Shown here: positions 1 to 9,146 of the stretch, piece after piece
Layout: each line of letters starts with the position of its first letter
How positions within the stretch are numbered: the first letter of the stretch is position 1
Assembly (NCBI GenBank): GCA_903851045.1
Contig: CAINNF010000015.1
Coordinates: forward strand, 96,644 to 160,643
Direction: 5' to 3'
Length of the DNA stretch: 64,000 nucleotides
From: Candidatus Adlerbacteria bacterium
Lineage (GTDB): Bacteria; Patescibacteriota; Minisyncoccia; Phycocordibacterales; SBAW01
Translations under genes and position numbers: made by a program
Notes under the pieces: generated by a model
Told to the model about the DNA's origin: nothing
Database searches by the model: none
Seen by the model: the letters and a program-made list of their open reading frames with translations, nothing else

Positions 1-888
1 GCATACGTTCCTCAGTATCTTATTTTTGTTCGCATCGAATATACGTATGATCTCTCGCTCGAGCGCACCAAGGTCGAGGGTGGGAAAGAGGTCTATGGCC
101 GCGGTGACCGTGTCACTGCGCAGCAGATCGGCAACCGCGCTCGCGCTGTTCAAAATGAGCGGTCCCGAGAGTCCAAAGTGAGTGAAAAGAAGCGACCCCC
201 GCTTAGAAAACACCTTCTTTCCACCGACCTGAAAGGTGATCTGCATGTTGGGGAGCGTCACTCCGGCAAGTTGCGTGACCCACTCTTCCTTGACCGCAAG
301 TGGCACGACGGTCGGCGTTGGGGTGACGATCGTGTGACCAAGTTCGCGCAGCCACGTGAAGCCATCGCCCGTCGAACCGGTCTCTGGGTGCGAAACGCTC
401 CCAGTGGAAAAGATGAAGGACCTCGCTTCGTGACGCTCCTTGCCGCAATGGACAGCCTTGATGCTGCCGTCGCTCATCTCGATACGAGTCACTGCGGTGC
501 CGAGCCGTAGTTCGACACCGCTCGATCGAACATACTCTTCGAGTACGCGCAGCACGTCCAGCGCGTTGAACGTGTGTGGGAACGCGCGTTTGCGTTCCTC
601 GACGACGAGCGGCAACCCGCGTGACTCGAAGAACTCGAACGTCTCGGCAACGCCGAACTGTGCAAAGAGCGAATATAAGAACTGCTCCGACGCGCCGTAG
701 GCCTTCGCGAACGTACGAACATCGAACTCTGCATTGGTTATGTTGCAGCGGCCATTGCCGGTTATCTTCAACTTCTCACCAAGCGATCTATTCTTCTCCA
801 GCAGGAGGACGCGCTGTCCCACCTCGGCAGCTCTCCCTGCAGCCATGAGTCCCGACGCACCTCCGCCTATCACGATACAGTCGTACAT
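1..888 (-). CDS. NAD(P)/FAD-dependent oxidoreductase, BaiN/HI0933-like flavoprotein (C-terminus outside window)
   Basis: The minus-strand frame is open from the window edge to the ATG at 886-888. Its translation starts MYDCIVIGGGASGLMAAG (dinucleotide-binding GxGxxG) and continues with HI0933/BaiN-like sequence. It is missing from the ORF track because there is no in-window stop. Confidence 0.85.
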   Translation of the reverse strand, partial: MYDCIVIGGGASGLMAAGRAAEVGQRVLLLEKNRSLGEKLKITGNGRCNITNAEFDVRTFAKAYGASEQFLYSLFAQFGVAETFEFFESRGLPLVVEERKRAFPHTFNALDVLRVLEEYVRSSGVELRLGTAVTRIEMSDGSIKAVHCGKERHEARSFIFSTGSVSHPETGSTGDGFTWLRELGHTIVTPTPTVVPLAVKEEWVTQLAGVTLPNMQITFQVGGKKVFSKRGSLLFTHFGLSGPLILNSASAVADLLRSDTVTAAIDLFPTLDLGALEREIIRIFDANKNKILRNVC

Positions 889-1200
889 TTATGAGAGATA
901 CTTCTGACTATAGCGGATCATCGCGGCTTCGATGATGCGGATACCTTTGCCTTTGTCGGTGAGCGTATACACTCCTTCGGGAGAACGGGTCAGCATCCCC
1001 TCTTTCTTCAATGTCTGGAGCTTGCGCGTAAGGGTGCGCGTCGAGATCCCCTCCAACCATCGGTCGAGTTCGTTGAAGCGTTTCGGGCCTTCGGTCAACG
1101 CACGCATGATGAGTATGGTCCACGTGTCGGAGAGGAGCTCCGCCGTACGAGTGATAGGACAGGTCGTCTTGCAGGGGGTTGTTATTTTCGTCTTAGCCAT
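889..1200 (-). CDS. HxlR-family winged-helix transcriptional regulator
   Basis: Translation MAKTKITTPCKTTCPITRTAELLSDTWTILIMRAL...RFNELDRWLEGISTRTLTRKLQTLKKEGMLTR matches the HxlR/MarR-like HTH. The ATG is at 1198-1200. Its stop abuts the start of the downstream oxidoreductase. Confidence 0.8.
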   Translation of the reverse strand: MAKTKITTPCKTTCPITRTAELLSDTWTILIMRALTEGPKRFNELDRWLEGISTRTLTRKLQTLKKEGMLTRSPEGVYTLTDKGKGIRIIEAAMIRYSQKYLS

Positions 1201-1287
1201 GGGGAGAGTATATACCACAATGAGCGGCTTTACAAAGTAAAGTATACGACATACACTGTATGTATATTCATTAAACATATATCTCAT

Positions 1288-1923
1288 ATGGATTCGACAC
1301 TTGCGCCTTCGGCGGCTCCGCTCGCTCTCACTACCAGTATCGACACGACCGTCACCGCGCTTATCGCCAACGGATACCACGCCGAAGCCCTCGACACGAA
1401 GGAAGAGGCGCTTACAAAAATTAAGGAGTATATCCCGCAGGGTGCGTCGGTCATGAACGGCGCATCGCAGACGCTCCAGGAGATCGGATTTGTCGACTAC
1501 CTGAAGTCCGGTACGCACGGGTGGAACAACCTCCACGAAGCAGTACTTGCCGAAAAGGACCCAGCGAAGCAGGCGATGTTACGCAAGCAGTCGGTCATCT
1601 CCGACTTCTATCTCGGTAGCGTGCACGCACTCTCCGAGACCGGTGAGATGGTCATAGCCTCCAACTCCGGCAGCCAACTCCCCCACCTCGCCTTCACCTC
1701 ACCCAACATCATCCTCGTCGTCGGCAAGCAGAAGATAACGCCAACACTCGAGGACGCGCTCAAGCGAGTCGAAGAGCACGTCATCCCACTGGAAGACGAA
1801 CGCATGAAAGGCGCCTACGGCTTCGGCACCCTCTGGGCCAAGACCCTCATCATGCACAAAGAAAACCCCGCCATCGGTCGTACGGTCCGAGTCCTAATAG
1901 TCAAAGAGTCGTTGGGGTTCTAG
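1288..1923 (+). CDS. LUD-domain (lactate utilisation LutC/YkgG-like, DUF162) protein
   Basis: 211-aa ORF divergent from the HxlR gene. Rossmann-like LUD-domain sequence pattern. Confidence 0.6.
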   Translation: MDSTLAPSAAPLALTTSIDTTVTALIANGYHAEALDTKEEALTKIKEYIPQGASVMNGASQTLQEIGFVDYLKSGTHGWNNLHEAVLAEKDPAKQAMLRKQSVISDFYLGSVHALSETGEMVIASNSGSQLPHLAFTSPNIILVVGKQKITPTLEDALKRVEEHVIPLEDERMKGAYGFGTLWAKTLIMHKENPAIGRTVRVLIVKESLGF

Positions 1924-2053
1924 ACACATCGACGAAGAGATTTTCTTGACTTAGCCACAACGGAAATGTAATGTACTTTCCAGACTACAGAACTTGGTGA
2001 TATATAGTTCGTAGCCTATATACCATCACAAACACCCAAAAAGGAGACTGCCG

Positions 2054-2560
2054 ATGCGTCGTCTGTCCATCGTTTTAATTGCCCTGGTTATGAGTTGGTT
2101 GACTTCGTCACCTACGAAAGCCGCACCTGAACCTGGGTGCACCACCTTCATGAAAAGTGACCACTTCTTTGCATTTTCCGTAGACGGGTTTCAGCATGTG
2201 CGAGAGGATCTGTACCACGTTCGTGATGGCAACCTTATCATACTGGACTCAAGACTGTTTGACGCTTCTCCAGTAAAAAAAGCTATGGAGGATTACGCTA
2301 TTGCGTGCATTACGGGAAGCGTTCGAATACAAGCGTTGCCATCGATCATATCTTTGACAGAAAAACACCCCCGTCCTGTTCTTCTTCCAGACCCGGCAAC
2401 CTGGGAAGGTGTCAGAGATCTTGTGGTGCAAGGGAGGTTGATTGTCTTGTATGATCAATTCATTCTGGATCCGCACTTCCAACAGGCGGTCGCTGATCGT
2501 ATCGAAAGCGCCATTGTACAACCGTCCTCACAGAATCTCGTACACCAACCCGTACACTAA
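2054..2560 (+). CDS. secreted hypothetical protein
   Basis: SD AAAGGAG sits 8 nt upstream. Hydrophobic signal peptide MRRLSIVLIALVMSWLTSSPTKA. A hairpin terminator follows at 2612-2640. Confidence 0.6.
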   Translation: MRRLSIVLIALVMSWLTSSPTKAAPEPGCTTFMKSDHFFAFSVDGFQHVREDLYHVRDGNLIILDSRLFDASPVKKAMEDYAIACITGSVRIQALPSIISLTEKHPRPVLLPDPATWEGVRDLVVQGRLIVLYDQFILDPHFQQAVADRIESAIVQPSSQNLVHQPVH

Positions 2561-2611
2561 AGAGACAGCGTCAGTTCTCCAACTCTTACTAGTTGCGTGT
2601 ACAAACACGGC

Positions 2612-2640
2612 GCAGGAAAAAATCCTGCGCCATTTTCATA
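2612..2640. terminator. bidirectional hairpin terminator (GGCGCAGGA-aaaaat-TCCTGCGCC + ATTTTCAT)
   Basis: Perfect 9-bp stem with a T-run. Lies between convergent genes. Confidence 0.6.
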
Positions 2641-2649
2641 ATACACCGC

Positions 2650-3141
2650 TTACTGATTAAGCAGCGCGACCATCAGGTTTAAGTAGCCAGCGAAGGAGAC
2701 CCAGGCGATGTAGGGGGCAAGGAGCCAGCTCGAAACAGGGTCAATGTTGTAGAAGCGCACTGTCGTAAGTACTAGCAACACCCAAAGCACGACGAGGCAG
2801 GCAAAGGCTGCGGCGGGTGCGTGGAGACCAAAGAAGATGAGCGACCAGAGAGTGTTGACCAAGAGTTGGAGCGCGTACAGGGCGAGCGCATCCCGTATCT
2901 TCTTCGTCCGACGACCTTTCGTATACACGCGCCATGCAGCGACAGCCATGAGCGCGTACAGTATCGTCCACACCGGACCAAAGACCCAGTTAGGCGGGTT
3001 GAGCGGCGACTTCGCCAGTGTTGAGTACCACCCAAGGATTTCGGACATGGTGAAGTACGACCCCACTGCCGCCATGCCATAGGTGAACCCGAGTGACACC
3101 AGCAGTGATGTGAACTTGTTCATGTTACTTCTTTGAATCAC
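2650..3141 (-). CDS. tspO: TspO/MBR (tryptophan-rich sensory protein) family membrane protein
   Basis: Contains [29 protein letters not shown] and WSLIFFG, the TspO signatures. Five TM helices. Confidence 0.85.
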   Translation of the reverse strand: MIQRSNMNKFTSLLVSLGFTYGMAAVGSYFTMSEILGWYSTLAKSPLNPPNWVFGPVWTILYALMAVAAWRVYTKGRRTKKIRDALALYALQLLVNTLWSLIFFGLHAPAAAFACLVVLWVLLVLTTVRFYNIDPVSSWLLAPYIAWVSFAGYLNLMVALLNQ

Positions 3142-3886
3142 CGCGGATCATTTGGATAGCTTCCTGTACCGTCGTCATGAATTGTGCGGGAAAGATGATG
3201 GTCGAATTCTTCTCGACCGAGATCTCCGCCATGGTCTGGAGCGTGCGCAGTTGAAGCGCGACCGGGTGCGCCGAAATAAGGTCCGCTGCCTCGCCGAGCT
3301 TCTGTGCTGCCTGCATCTCGCCTTCGGCGGCGACTATCTTGGCGCGACGCTCACGCTCGGCTTCGGCCTCCTTCGCCATCGCACGCTGCATGTTCTCTGG
3401 GAGCGTGATGTCTTTGATCTCCACCGCGGTTACCTGCGCCCCCCACGGCTCGGTGTGCTGGTCTATCACATCCTTGATCTGCGCATTGATCTTGCCGGTC
3501 TGCGACAAGAGTTCGTCGAGCATGAACTGGCCGACCACGTTGCGCACCGTCGTCTGACTGATCTGGTTGACCGCATCATACACGTTCTCGATAGCGATGA
3601 CCGACTTCTGTGGGTCGACGATCTTGTAGTATGCGACCGCCGCGATATCAATCGAGACGTTGTCTTTAGTGATAATCTTTTGCGACGGGATATTCATCGT
3701 GATGGTGCGCAGTGTCACCTTCGTCATCATCTCGAAGATCGGGATGAGAATAATCAGCCCCGGCCCCCGCACGCCCGTCACCTTGCCGAGAAAAAAGATC
3801 ACTCCACGGTCATACTCCTTCACCACGCGCAACGAAAACACCAGGAACAAAATAATAAGCCCCACGACGATTGGTAGCCATTCCAT
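3125..3886 (-). CDS. SPFH/Band-7 (stomatin/HflC-like) membrane protein
   Basis: N-terminal TM helix ([17 protein letters not shown]) followed by an SPFH core and a coiled-coil [12 protein letters not shown]. Overlaps the tspO start by 17 nt. The start could alternatively be at 3928. Confidence 0.8.
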   Translation of the reverse strand: MEWLPIVVGLIILFLVFSLRVVKEYDRGVIFFLGKVTGVRGPGLIILIPIFEMMTKVTLRTITMNIPSQKIITKDNVSIDIAAVAYYKIVDPQKSVIAIENVYDAVNQISQTTVRNVVGQFMLDELLSQTGKINAQIKDVIDQHTEPWGAQVTAVEIKDITLPENMQRAMAKEAEAERERRAKIVAAEGEMQAAQKLGEAADLISAHPVALQLRTLQTMAEISVEKNSTIIFPAQFMTTVQEAIQMIRGDSKK

Positions 3887-3936
3887 ATGACACCAGTATA
3901 CCACCGCATTCGAAGCCTTCTTACCCATCAAAACCC

Positions 3937-3964
3937 CGGCACGTGTGCCGGGGTTTTGATGAGT
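3937..3964. terminator. bidirectional terminator (AAAACCCCGGCACGTGTGCCGGGGTTTT perfect palindrome)
   Basis: 14-bp perfect inverted repeat flanked by an A-run and a T-run. Confidence 0.7.
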
Positions 3965-3975
3965 GTATGAGAGAA

Positions 3976-5232
3976 TTACCAGTGCCAGCCGTGTCGCTTG
4001 ACGGGTGTCTGCACGGGAGGGGTGGGCGTCACTGGCTTGGTGACCTTCGACCACTTATCATCATCCTTGCGCCCAAAGAAGTCGAAGTGACCAGTAAAGA
4101 AGTTCTTCCAGTATCCGTACGCATGACCCTTGGGCGACTTGGTCGTCTTGCTCGTGCTCGAGGCGTTCGCGAAGTTGAGCACTCCTGTCGGGCTTGCCGA
4201 GCTCACTGTGACCGACGCATCCGAAGTGGTCTGCTGCCAGCTACCCATATTCACTTCCTCGACATAGTACGTGCCGAAGGCAAGGTTGGGGAAGGTATAC
4301 ACACCGCTTGCGTTCGTGGTTGCGGTCGCGACCACTGCTCCACTGTTTGAGGTGCCGCTGTACAGGTTGATAGTGAATCCTAAGATACCCGGCTCACCTG
4401 CGGTGAGCGCGTAGTCTTTATTGAGATCATTGAAGACCGTACCACTGATAGAGCCGGTGCCGGTCGGAGGAGTGACCGGTGTCGTGGTCACGGTGAGCAC
4501 TTCGCTCCCGCAGGTGCTCGTGGCGGCCGCATTTTGTGCGTCACCCGAGTAGACCACTTGCCAGTAGTACGTGCCAGCGGTGCCGAAGACCAACGAGCTT
4601 GAGTTCGGAACGGTCGCGTTCGCAACGGTTACGGTACCCGCATTCTGTACACCGAGGGTACACGCACTGTCGGTATAGACCTTGTAGTTGACCGTGCCGC
4701 CCGCAGTGTTGGTGACACCCGAGAGCGTCGCACCATCGAAGACACTGCTGCCGGTCAACACGCTCGACGCCGAAAGCGTGGTCGACACCGATACGCTCGA
4801 AGAGGTCGGCACCACCGCAACACACTGACTATCGGCGACCGTCGTGCTCGCATCTCCGTTGTAGTGGACAGTATACGAGAGTCCCGAAGCACCCAAGGTC
4901 GTTGTGGCAGACTGTGCCGACCCATTCACGAGCGCGACTCCCGACTGGGTCGTCGGTGTGCCCACACAGGTCGTATTGTTGAACAGGTTAAAATTGACGG
5001 TACCAGTGGGAGCCGTCGAAGCGGTCGATGACGCGACCGTCGTGCTCGCGCTCAAAGCGGTCCCGATAGGGGCCGTGGTGACGACCACATTACTGCCGTT
5101 GTGTACTGAAACCGTGACCGAGGGGCCGACGCTCGCGTGCGCGAAACTGGCGAGTGCCAGGCATCCACCGACCGCAAGTCCGGCGATACTAAGAAAGACC
5201 AAGAACGATGAGGCTCGATGACTTGTGTTCAT
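3976..5232 (-). CDS. secreted Ser/Thr-rich cell-surface protein with an SdrD/Cna B-type (carboxypeptidase-regulatory-like) fold domain
   Basis: Signal peptide, low-complexity Thr/Ser/Val tracts, and a [29 protein letters not shown]...[16 protein letters not shown] domain. Confidence 0.7.
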   Translation of the reverse strand: MNTSHRASSFLVFLSIAGLAVGGCLALASFAHASVGPSVTVSVHNGSNVVVTTAPIGTALSASTTVASSTASTAPTGTVNFNLFNNTTCVGTPTTQSGVALVNGSAQSATTTLGASGLSYTVHYNGDASTTVADSQCVAVVPTSSSVSVSTTLSASSVLTGSSVFDGATLSGVTNTAGGTVNYKVYTDSACTLGVQNAGTVTVANATVPNSSSLVFGTAGTYYWQVVYSGDAQNAAATSTCGSEVLTVTTTPVTPPTGTGSISGTVFNDLNKDYALTAGEPGILGFTINLYSGTSNSGAVVATATTNASGVYTFPNLAFGTYYVEEVNMGSWQQTTSDASVTVSSASPTGVLNFANASSTSKTTKSPKGHAYGYWKNFFTGHFDFFGRKDDDKWSKVTKPVTPTPPVQTPVKRHGWHW

Positions 5233-5362
5233 ATGAATAAGTAATTAATTATATATAGCTACGGATAATGGTTGATACACAGGAACGGTTCTTGCAGATA
5301 TGACGAGTGGCCTACCTCCTCCTTACCATCACACGATAGTGGAATAAACAATACGCTTGGCG

Positions 5363-5953
5363 TCAATTCCCCAGCATCGACCGAACAGCCTCCAGCCTAT
5401 CTCGCAATTCTTGTACCATAGGATCGTGTATCCGCTTCTCTACCACCCTTACCGCCTCATCATAGAACCACAGCTTCCCCTCTGGGGCATTAAAACGACA
5501 CCAGAACGCATCACCCTCGTCGGCGATCCCGTCCTCCATCGATAGCAAGTTATGGATCTTGTCGGCAATGGACACGAGCATCGACTCTTCCGGTGACGTT
5601 TCAAGATGCGCAAGATACTTCAGTTTACGCTCTTTCCAGCCGATCTTTTCATCAAGACCCGACATCGGATCCTTTTCTTCCGTCACCCCGCGGACGATAT
5701 CGAGCACCCGTGCTCCGAACGACTCCGCAATCAACAGCTCCTTTTCCGCATAGGGCAGCTTCACATCTTCGAGCACGTCGTGGAGCAGCGCCGCGATGAG
5801 GATGTCCTCGTCGCTCGTGTAGTGAGAAAGGATGCACATCACCGCAACAGGATGCATGATATACGGCGTCCGCATAGCATCCTTACGCACCTGTCCGTGG
5901 TGTAGTTGGGTCGCGAGCTTGAGCGCTTGATCGATGCGTTTCGTATATTGCAT
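5363..5953 (-). CDS. HD-domain phosphohydrolase ((p)ppGpp-hydrolase-like small HD protein)
   Basis: H..HD motif region HPVAVMCILSHYTSDEDILIAALLHDVLED. Confidence 0.7.
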   Translation of the reverse strand: MQYTKRIDQALKLATQLHHGQVRKDAMRTPYIMHPVAVMCILSHYTSDEDILIAALLHDVLEDVKLPYAEKELLIAESFGARVLDIVRGVTEEKDPMSGLDEKIGWKERKLKYLAHLETSPEESMLVSIADKIHNLLSMEDGIADEGDAFWCRFNAPEGKLWFYDEAVRVVEKRIHDPMVQELRDRLEAVRSMLGN

Positions 5954-5991
5954 AGGTTCGTTCGTTCAGTATATACGCAGCACACACCACC

Positions 5992-6897
5992 CTACAATCC
6001 GCATTCTGTCTTGAGCTCTTGGAGATCTTCGGTGCTGAGCGCGAGACTGGAACTTTGATTCACCGGACTCATGATCGAGTCAGGGTCGCTGTCGTGTGCA
6101 AGCCCAAGCGCATGCCCAAGCTCGTGCGCGATGACCCGGACGAACGCGGTCTTCGTGTCGAACTGATATATGTCGATCCTCCTTCCTTGTTCATCGGAGA
6201 TATACACCCCCTCTTCGAACTGGGTCCCGGCCAACCCGTCGGAGTTGAACGTCTGTACGTTCGCGTTCACCTGGTCGACCAGAGTATTGTAGTTGTCGAC
6301 CAGTGCGTTCGTCTCTTGCGCTAATTGGTTCACCGCTTGTCGCTTCGTTTCAAGAACGTTCTGCTCGGTCTGGAGCGCCTGTTTCTCTCCTGTTAGTGCC
6401 GCGTATTCGCTCTTCGACGCACCTCCTCGACCATTCGCTGCCTGTACACGGGCATTGTACGCATCTTGCGCCTGGGTGAACCGCGCAAGTTCGCTCGAAT
6501 ACGCCGACTGCGCGGCTTGGTACTTCGCTTGACTAGCCTGATACTGCGCCTTTGCTTGTGCGGCCGTCTGACTCTTCTCATTAATAGTCGTGCGCAGCTT
6601 ACTCTCTGCCTGTGTCGCCTGCTGTCGCGTGTCATAGACCAGGTTGATGGTCACCTCCCCCCTTGGGTCGTACACGAACAACGGCTTGTCTATGGCAGTG
6701 CTCCAGATGCCGCTCGCCTGATCGATATCGCTCAAGAACTGGCTCTGCGACACACCGAACCGAGGATCGATCGTGCCGATCTTATATGAAATGGGGGCCA
6801 CGCACGGACGGTGTGACTCGTGATACCAATATACATATACCGCGACCACCACAAGCAGAAGCAACCACCACACATCTTGTTTGTTGAAAAAACTCAT
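5992..6897 (-). CDS. membrane-anchored matrixin-like zinc metalloprotease (HExxHxxGxxH)
   Basis: N-terminal TM helix, Gln/Ala-rich coiled coil, C-terminal HELGHALGLAHDSDPDSIM zinc-binding motif with Met-turn. Confidence 0.75.
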   Translation of the reverse strand: MSFFNKQDVWWLLLLVVVAVYVYWYHESHRPCVAPISYKIGTIDPRFGVSQSQFLSDIDQASGIWSTAIDKPLFVYDPRGEVTINLVYDTRQQATQAESKLRTTINEKSQTAAQAKAQYQASQAKYQAAQSAYSSELARFTQAQDAYNARVQAANGRGGASKSEYAALTGEKQALQTEQNVLETKRQAVNQLAQETNALVDNYNTLVDQVNANVQTFNSDGLAGTQFEEGVYISDEQGRRIDIYQFDTKTAFVRVIAHELGHALGLAHDSDPDSIMSPVNQSSSLALSTEDLQELKTECGL

Positions 6898-6919
6898 ACG
6901 TCCCTATATTCTAGCGCGT

Positions 6920-7162
6920 CTATCGCTTCAGCATCGACCCGGTCTCGAACGCATTGCGTACCCACGAGATTTTGCCGACGTACGGCCCGAGTATACCGAG
7001 CGCGATGGTCGCAATGATAGCAGACCCGACAAAAAAGCCGACGCCGTACACCACCCCCACATAAAAGACGCGTTTGACAGAATTCTGTCGCGCGAGCTGG
7101 TTGTTCACACCCTCAAGAAGCTCGATGACCCGGTCCATTGGTGTACCTTCCTCACTATCCAT
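6920..7162 (-). CDS. small membrane protein (80 aa)
   Basis: ATG at 7160-7162. TM segment VFYVGVVYGVGFFVGSAIIATIALGILGPYV. Codon usage is consistent with its neighbours. Confidence 0.45.
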   Translation of the reverse strand: MDSEEGTPMDRVIELLEGVNNQLARQNSVKRVFYVGVVYGVGFFVGSAIIATIALGILGPYVGKISWVRNAFETGSMLKR

Positions 7163-7258
7163 GAGCCACAGTATAGCATCCTTGACACAGGCTTCTTTGA
7201 AAAAACCAGCTCCGGTGGTATGGTACCTGTGCGGGACGAATAACAGGAGTAGACCACG

Positions 7259-7480
7259 ATGCAGACCGATACTGTCGGTACAATCACTTCGATTTGGGAG
7301 ACTGGCCACAACGGTCCACCCATTGAACCATTGGACATACACCGCAGGGATAGCTTGATACGTCCTGGCCCTGCGGGCCGTTGCCGCTGTACACATTGCT
7401 CTGCAGGCGCATCCACGCGAATGATGCAGCTCGGAGCAGAAATAGCGAAAGAGATGGGATTGCTCACCAGACAAACCTAA
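7259..7480 (+). CDS. small ORF (73 aa) with strong SD and terminator; product unknown (could alternatively be an RNA)
   Basis: AGGAG sits 9 nt upstream of the ATG, and a rho-independent terminator follows immediately downstream. The translation itself is unremarkable. Confidence 0.3.
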   Translation: MQTDTVGTITSIWETGHNGPPIEPLDIHRRDSLIRPGPAGRCRCTHCSAGASTRMMQLGAEIAKEMGLLTRQT

Positions 7481-7494
7481 CGTTCCCACCTCAA

Positions 7495-7523
7495 GCCGCA
7501 GGACACGTCCTGCGGCTTTTTCA
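7495..7523 (+). terminator. rho-independent terminator (GCCGCAGGAC..GTCCTGCGGC + TTTTT)
   Basis: 10-bp GC stem followed by TTTTTC on the plus strand. Confidence 0.75.
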
Positions 7524-8045
7524 TTACTCCAGATCTTTGAGCGGAAGACCGTTGATGTAATCAGCTTTACCGACCGCAACACCATTCTTGCGCACGATAG
7601 CGTACGCAACGGTGACATGAAACAGGAAGTTCGGCACCGCATACTCCAACGCATATTCCGCTCCCGTCATGTACTTGCCGGGGAAATATGGCAGTGTCAC
7701 CCTTCTCTCGGCGGCACCTTCGAAATCTTTTTCGGTTGCCGTCTTGATGAACGCAAGAGTGTCGTCGATACGTGTCTGGAGCGCAGCGAACGTTGTTTCA
7801 GTATCCTGCATCACGACGTTCTCTCTGTTCGTGAGACGAACTATCGCACCTTTCGCGTTATCACATGCGACCTGAACCTGCTTCTTCAGAGGAAACATAT
7901 CCGGTGCGAGCGCATCGTTCAAAAACACCTCCTCGCTGATACCAACCTCCTTCGCGCGACGCTCAGCCTTCATGAGCACCCCCTTAAGCCCACCGAGCAT
8001 CTTCGTGAATAGAGGCACGGTGACCACATATGTCGTATGTTGCAT
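7524..8045 (-). CDS. DUF1993-family helical-bundle protein
   Basis: N-terminus MQHTTYVVTVPLFTKMLGGLKGVLMKAE is typical of DUF1993 proteins. Confidence 0.5.
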   Translation of the reverse strand: MQHTTYVVTVPLFTKMLGGLKGVLMKAERRAKEVGISEEVFLNDALAPDMFPLKKQVQVACDNAKGAIVRLTNRENVVMQDTETTFAALQTRIDDTLAFIKTATEKDFEGAAERRVTLPYFPGKYMTGAEYALEYAVPNFLFHVTVAYAIVRKNGVAVGKADYINGLPLKDLE

Positions 8046-8211
8046 CGGTACAGTATAGCAACAGGTGGGTAGTTTACAAATGAAAGCGGTCGGCCCATGG
8101 ATGACATTGACAGCTACATAGAAACATACTACTCTCTAGCGAGATCTGGGAATGTTCCTCGATCACAACCCACCATCCCCTGCATTGGCGGGGGTAGGAA
8201 AGGAAAGAATC

Positions 8212-8595
8212 ATGTCCGCTTCGCCAACCGCCGACCAACTCGTCGGTATTCTGAAAGACACGATCATTGCGCTCGTGCGGCGCGACGGTCCGGACCTGTC
8301 GGCCCGACAGCTGGGCGTGTTCCTGACCTGCTACCTGCAGGATGGAGCCCAGACCGTTCGCGGCCTGGCTGCCACACTGAACGTGTCGAAGCCAGCGGTG
8401 ACCCGAGCCCTGGATCGCCTTGGCGAACTCGACCTGGCCCGCCGCAAGGTGGACCCGCTGGATCGCCGCAGCGTCCTGGTGCAGCGCACCGCAAGAGGCT
8501 CACAGTTCCTGCGCGACCTGCGCGGCATTATGACCGAAGCTGCAGCTGGCGCGAAAAAATCCGGCAGCGAGACCCTCACTCGCAAGACCGCCTAA
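8212..8595 (+). CDS. marR: MarR-family transcriptional regulator (compositional outlier: GC3-rich, CTG-biased)
   Basis: SD AGGAAAGGAAAG precedes the ATG at 8212. wHTH sequence ...LNVSKPAVTRALDRLGELDLARRKVDPLDRRSVLVQRTARG. Leucines are almost exclusively CTG, unlike the rest of the window. Confidence 0.8.
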   Translation: MSASPTADQLVGILKDTIIALVRRDGPDLSARQLGVFLTCYLQDGAQTVRGLAATLNVSKPAVTRALDRLGELDLARRKVDPLDRRSVLVQRTARGSQFLRDLRGIMTEAAAGAKKSGSETLTRKTA

Positions 8596-8647
8596 GCTCA
8601 AGACAGGCCGCACCCGGGACAGCAATATGCCCCGGGTGCGCCAACGA

Positions 8648-8674
8648 AGATCCGACACTCGTCGGATCTTTTTA
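8648..8674 (+). terminator. rho-independent terminator (AGATCCGAC-actc-GTCGGATCT + TTTTT)
   Basis: 9-bp stem with a T-run, downstream of marR. A second hairpin (CACCCGGG...CCCGGGTG) lies at 8612-8640. Confidence 0.75.
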
Positions 8675-9058
8675 GTTCAAAAACCCCTGCGGCTGGACCA
8701 CACTTGTAGTCTGCGAAGCGAACACGCTGGTACTCACAGACGCACCAGTACTATCTGGAACAATCGAGACACTGCTCGGCACAACGACACTACTATTGTT
8801 TGTTGTACTAGTAGCAGGAGCGGTCGAGTGAGTGGTGGAAGTTTGACTCGCCTCCACCAACCCTCTACCGTGTGACGGTTTTTCTATCACCACGTTAACA
8901 ACGAAAGGTGTGGCCCCGGCGCCTGACCCGTGCGAACCCCGATTCCCCTCTCGGTGGTTCATACCAAACCCCGGACCTGCCGCAAAAGCGGTGCTACTGA
9001 GCACTACCGAACCGAGAACAACGGAAAAAACAACAAAACACGCTGATTGGCGCTTCAT
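8672..9058 (-). CDS. small secreted Ser/Thr-rich protein
   Basis: Signal peptide MKRQSACFVVFSVVLGSVVLSSTAFA, followed by a low-complexity tail. Confidence 0.5.
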   Translation of the reverse strand: MKRQSACFVVFSVVLGSVVLSSTAFAAGPGFGMNHREGNRGSHGSGAGATPFVVNVVIEKPSHGRGLVEASQTSTTHSTAPATSTTNNSSVVVPSSVSIVPDSTGASVSTSVFASQTTSVVQPQGFLN

Positions 9059-9146
9059 GTGATGCGGATGAATTATTTAGAGATTAGTAAGACGGTCCGA
9101 AGACCTGCAAGTATGTGTACGCGACCACGCGTCTCCTTGGTGCACG

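Noticed and set aside
178-848. Plus- and minus-strand ORFs of 80-110 aa listed by the track (178..510+, 203..448-, 440..700+, 489..734-, 576..848+)
   Set aside because: All lie inside, and out of frame with, the clearly homologous BaiN/HI0933 flavoprotein gene (1-888, minus). Their translations are Arg/Ser/Pro-rich and characteristic of wrong-frame reading of GC-rich coding DNA.
3152-3877. 241-aa plus-strand ORF
   Set aside because: Antisense to the well-supported SPFH/Band-7 gene. Arg/Leu/Asp-rich low-complexity translation. No SD.
7163-7525. tmRNA / RNase P RNA / SRP RNA in the orphan transcribed region
   Set aside because: None of the conserved signatures is present, namely the tmRNA tRNA-like 3' end with a GGTTCGA T-loop, the RNase P GGAAAGTCCGGGCTC and AGGGTGAAA boxes, or the SRP GGAAGCAGCCA-type domain IV. 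An SD-led ORF explains the region better.
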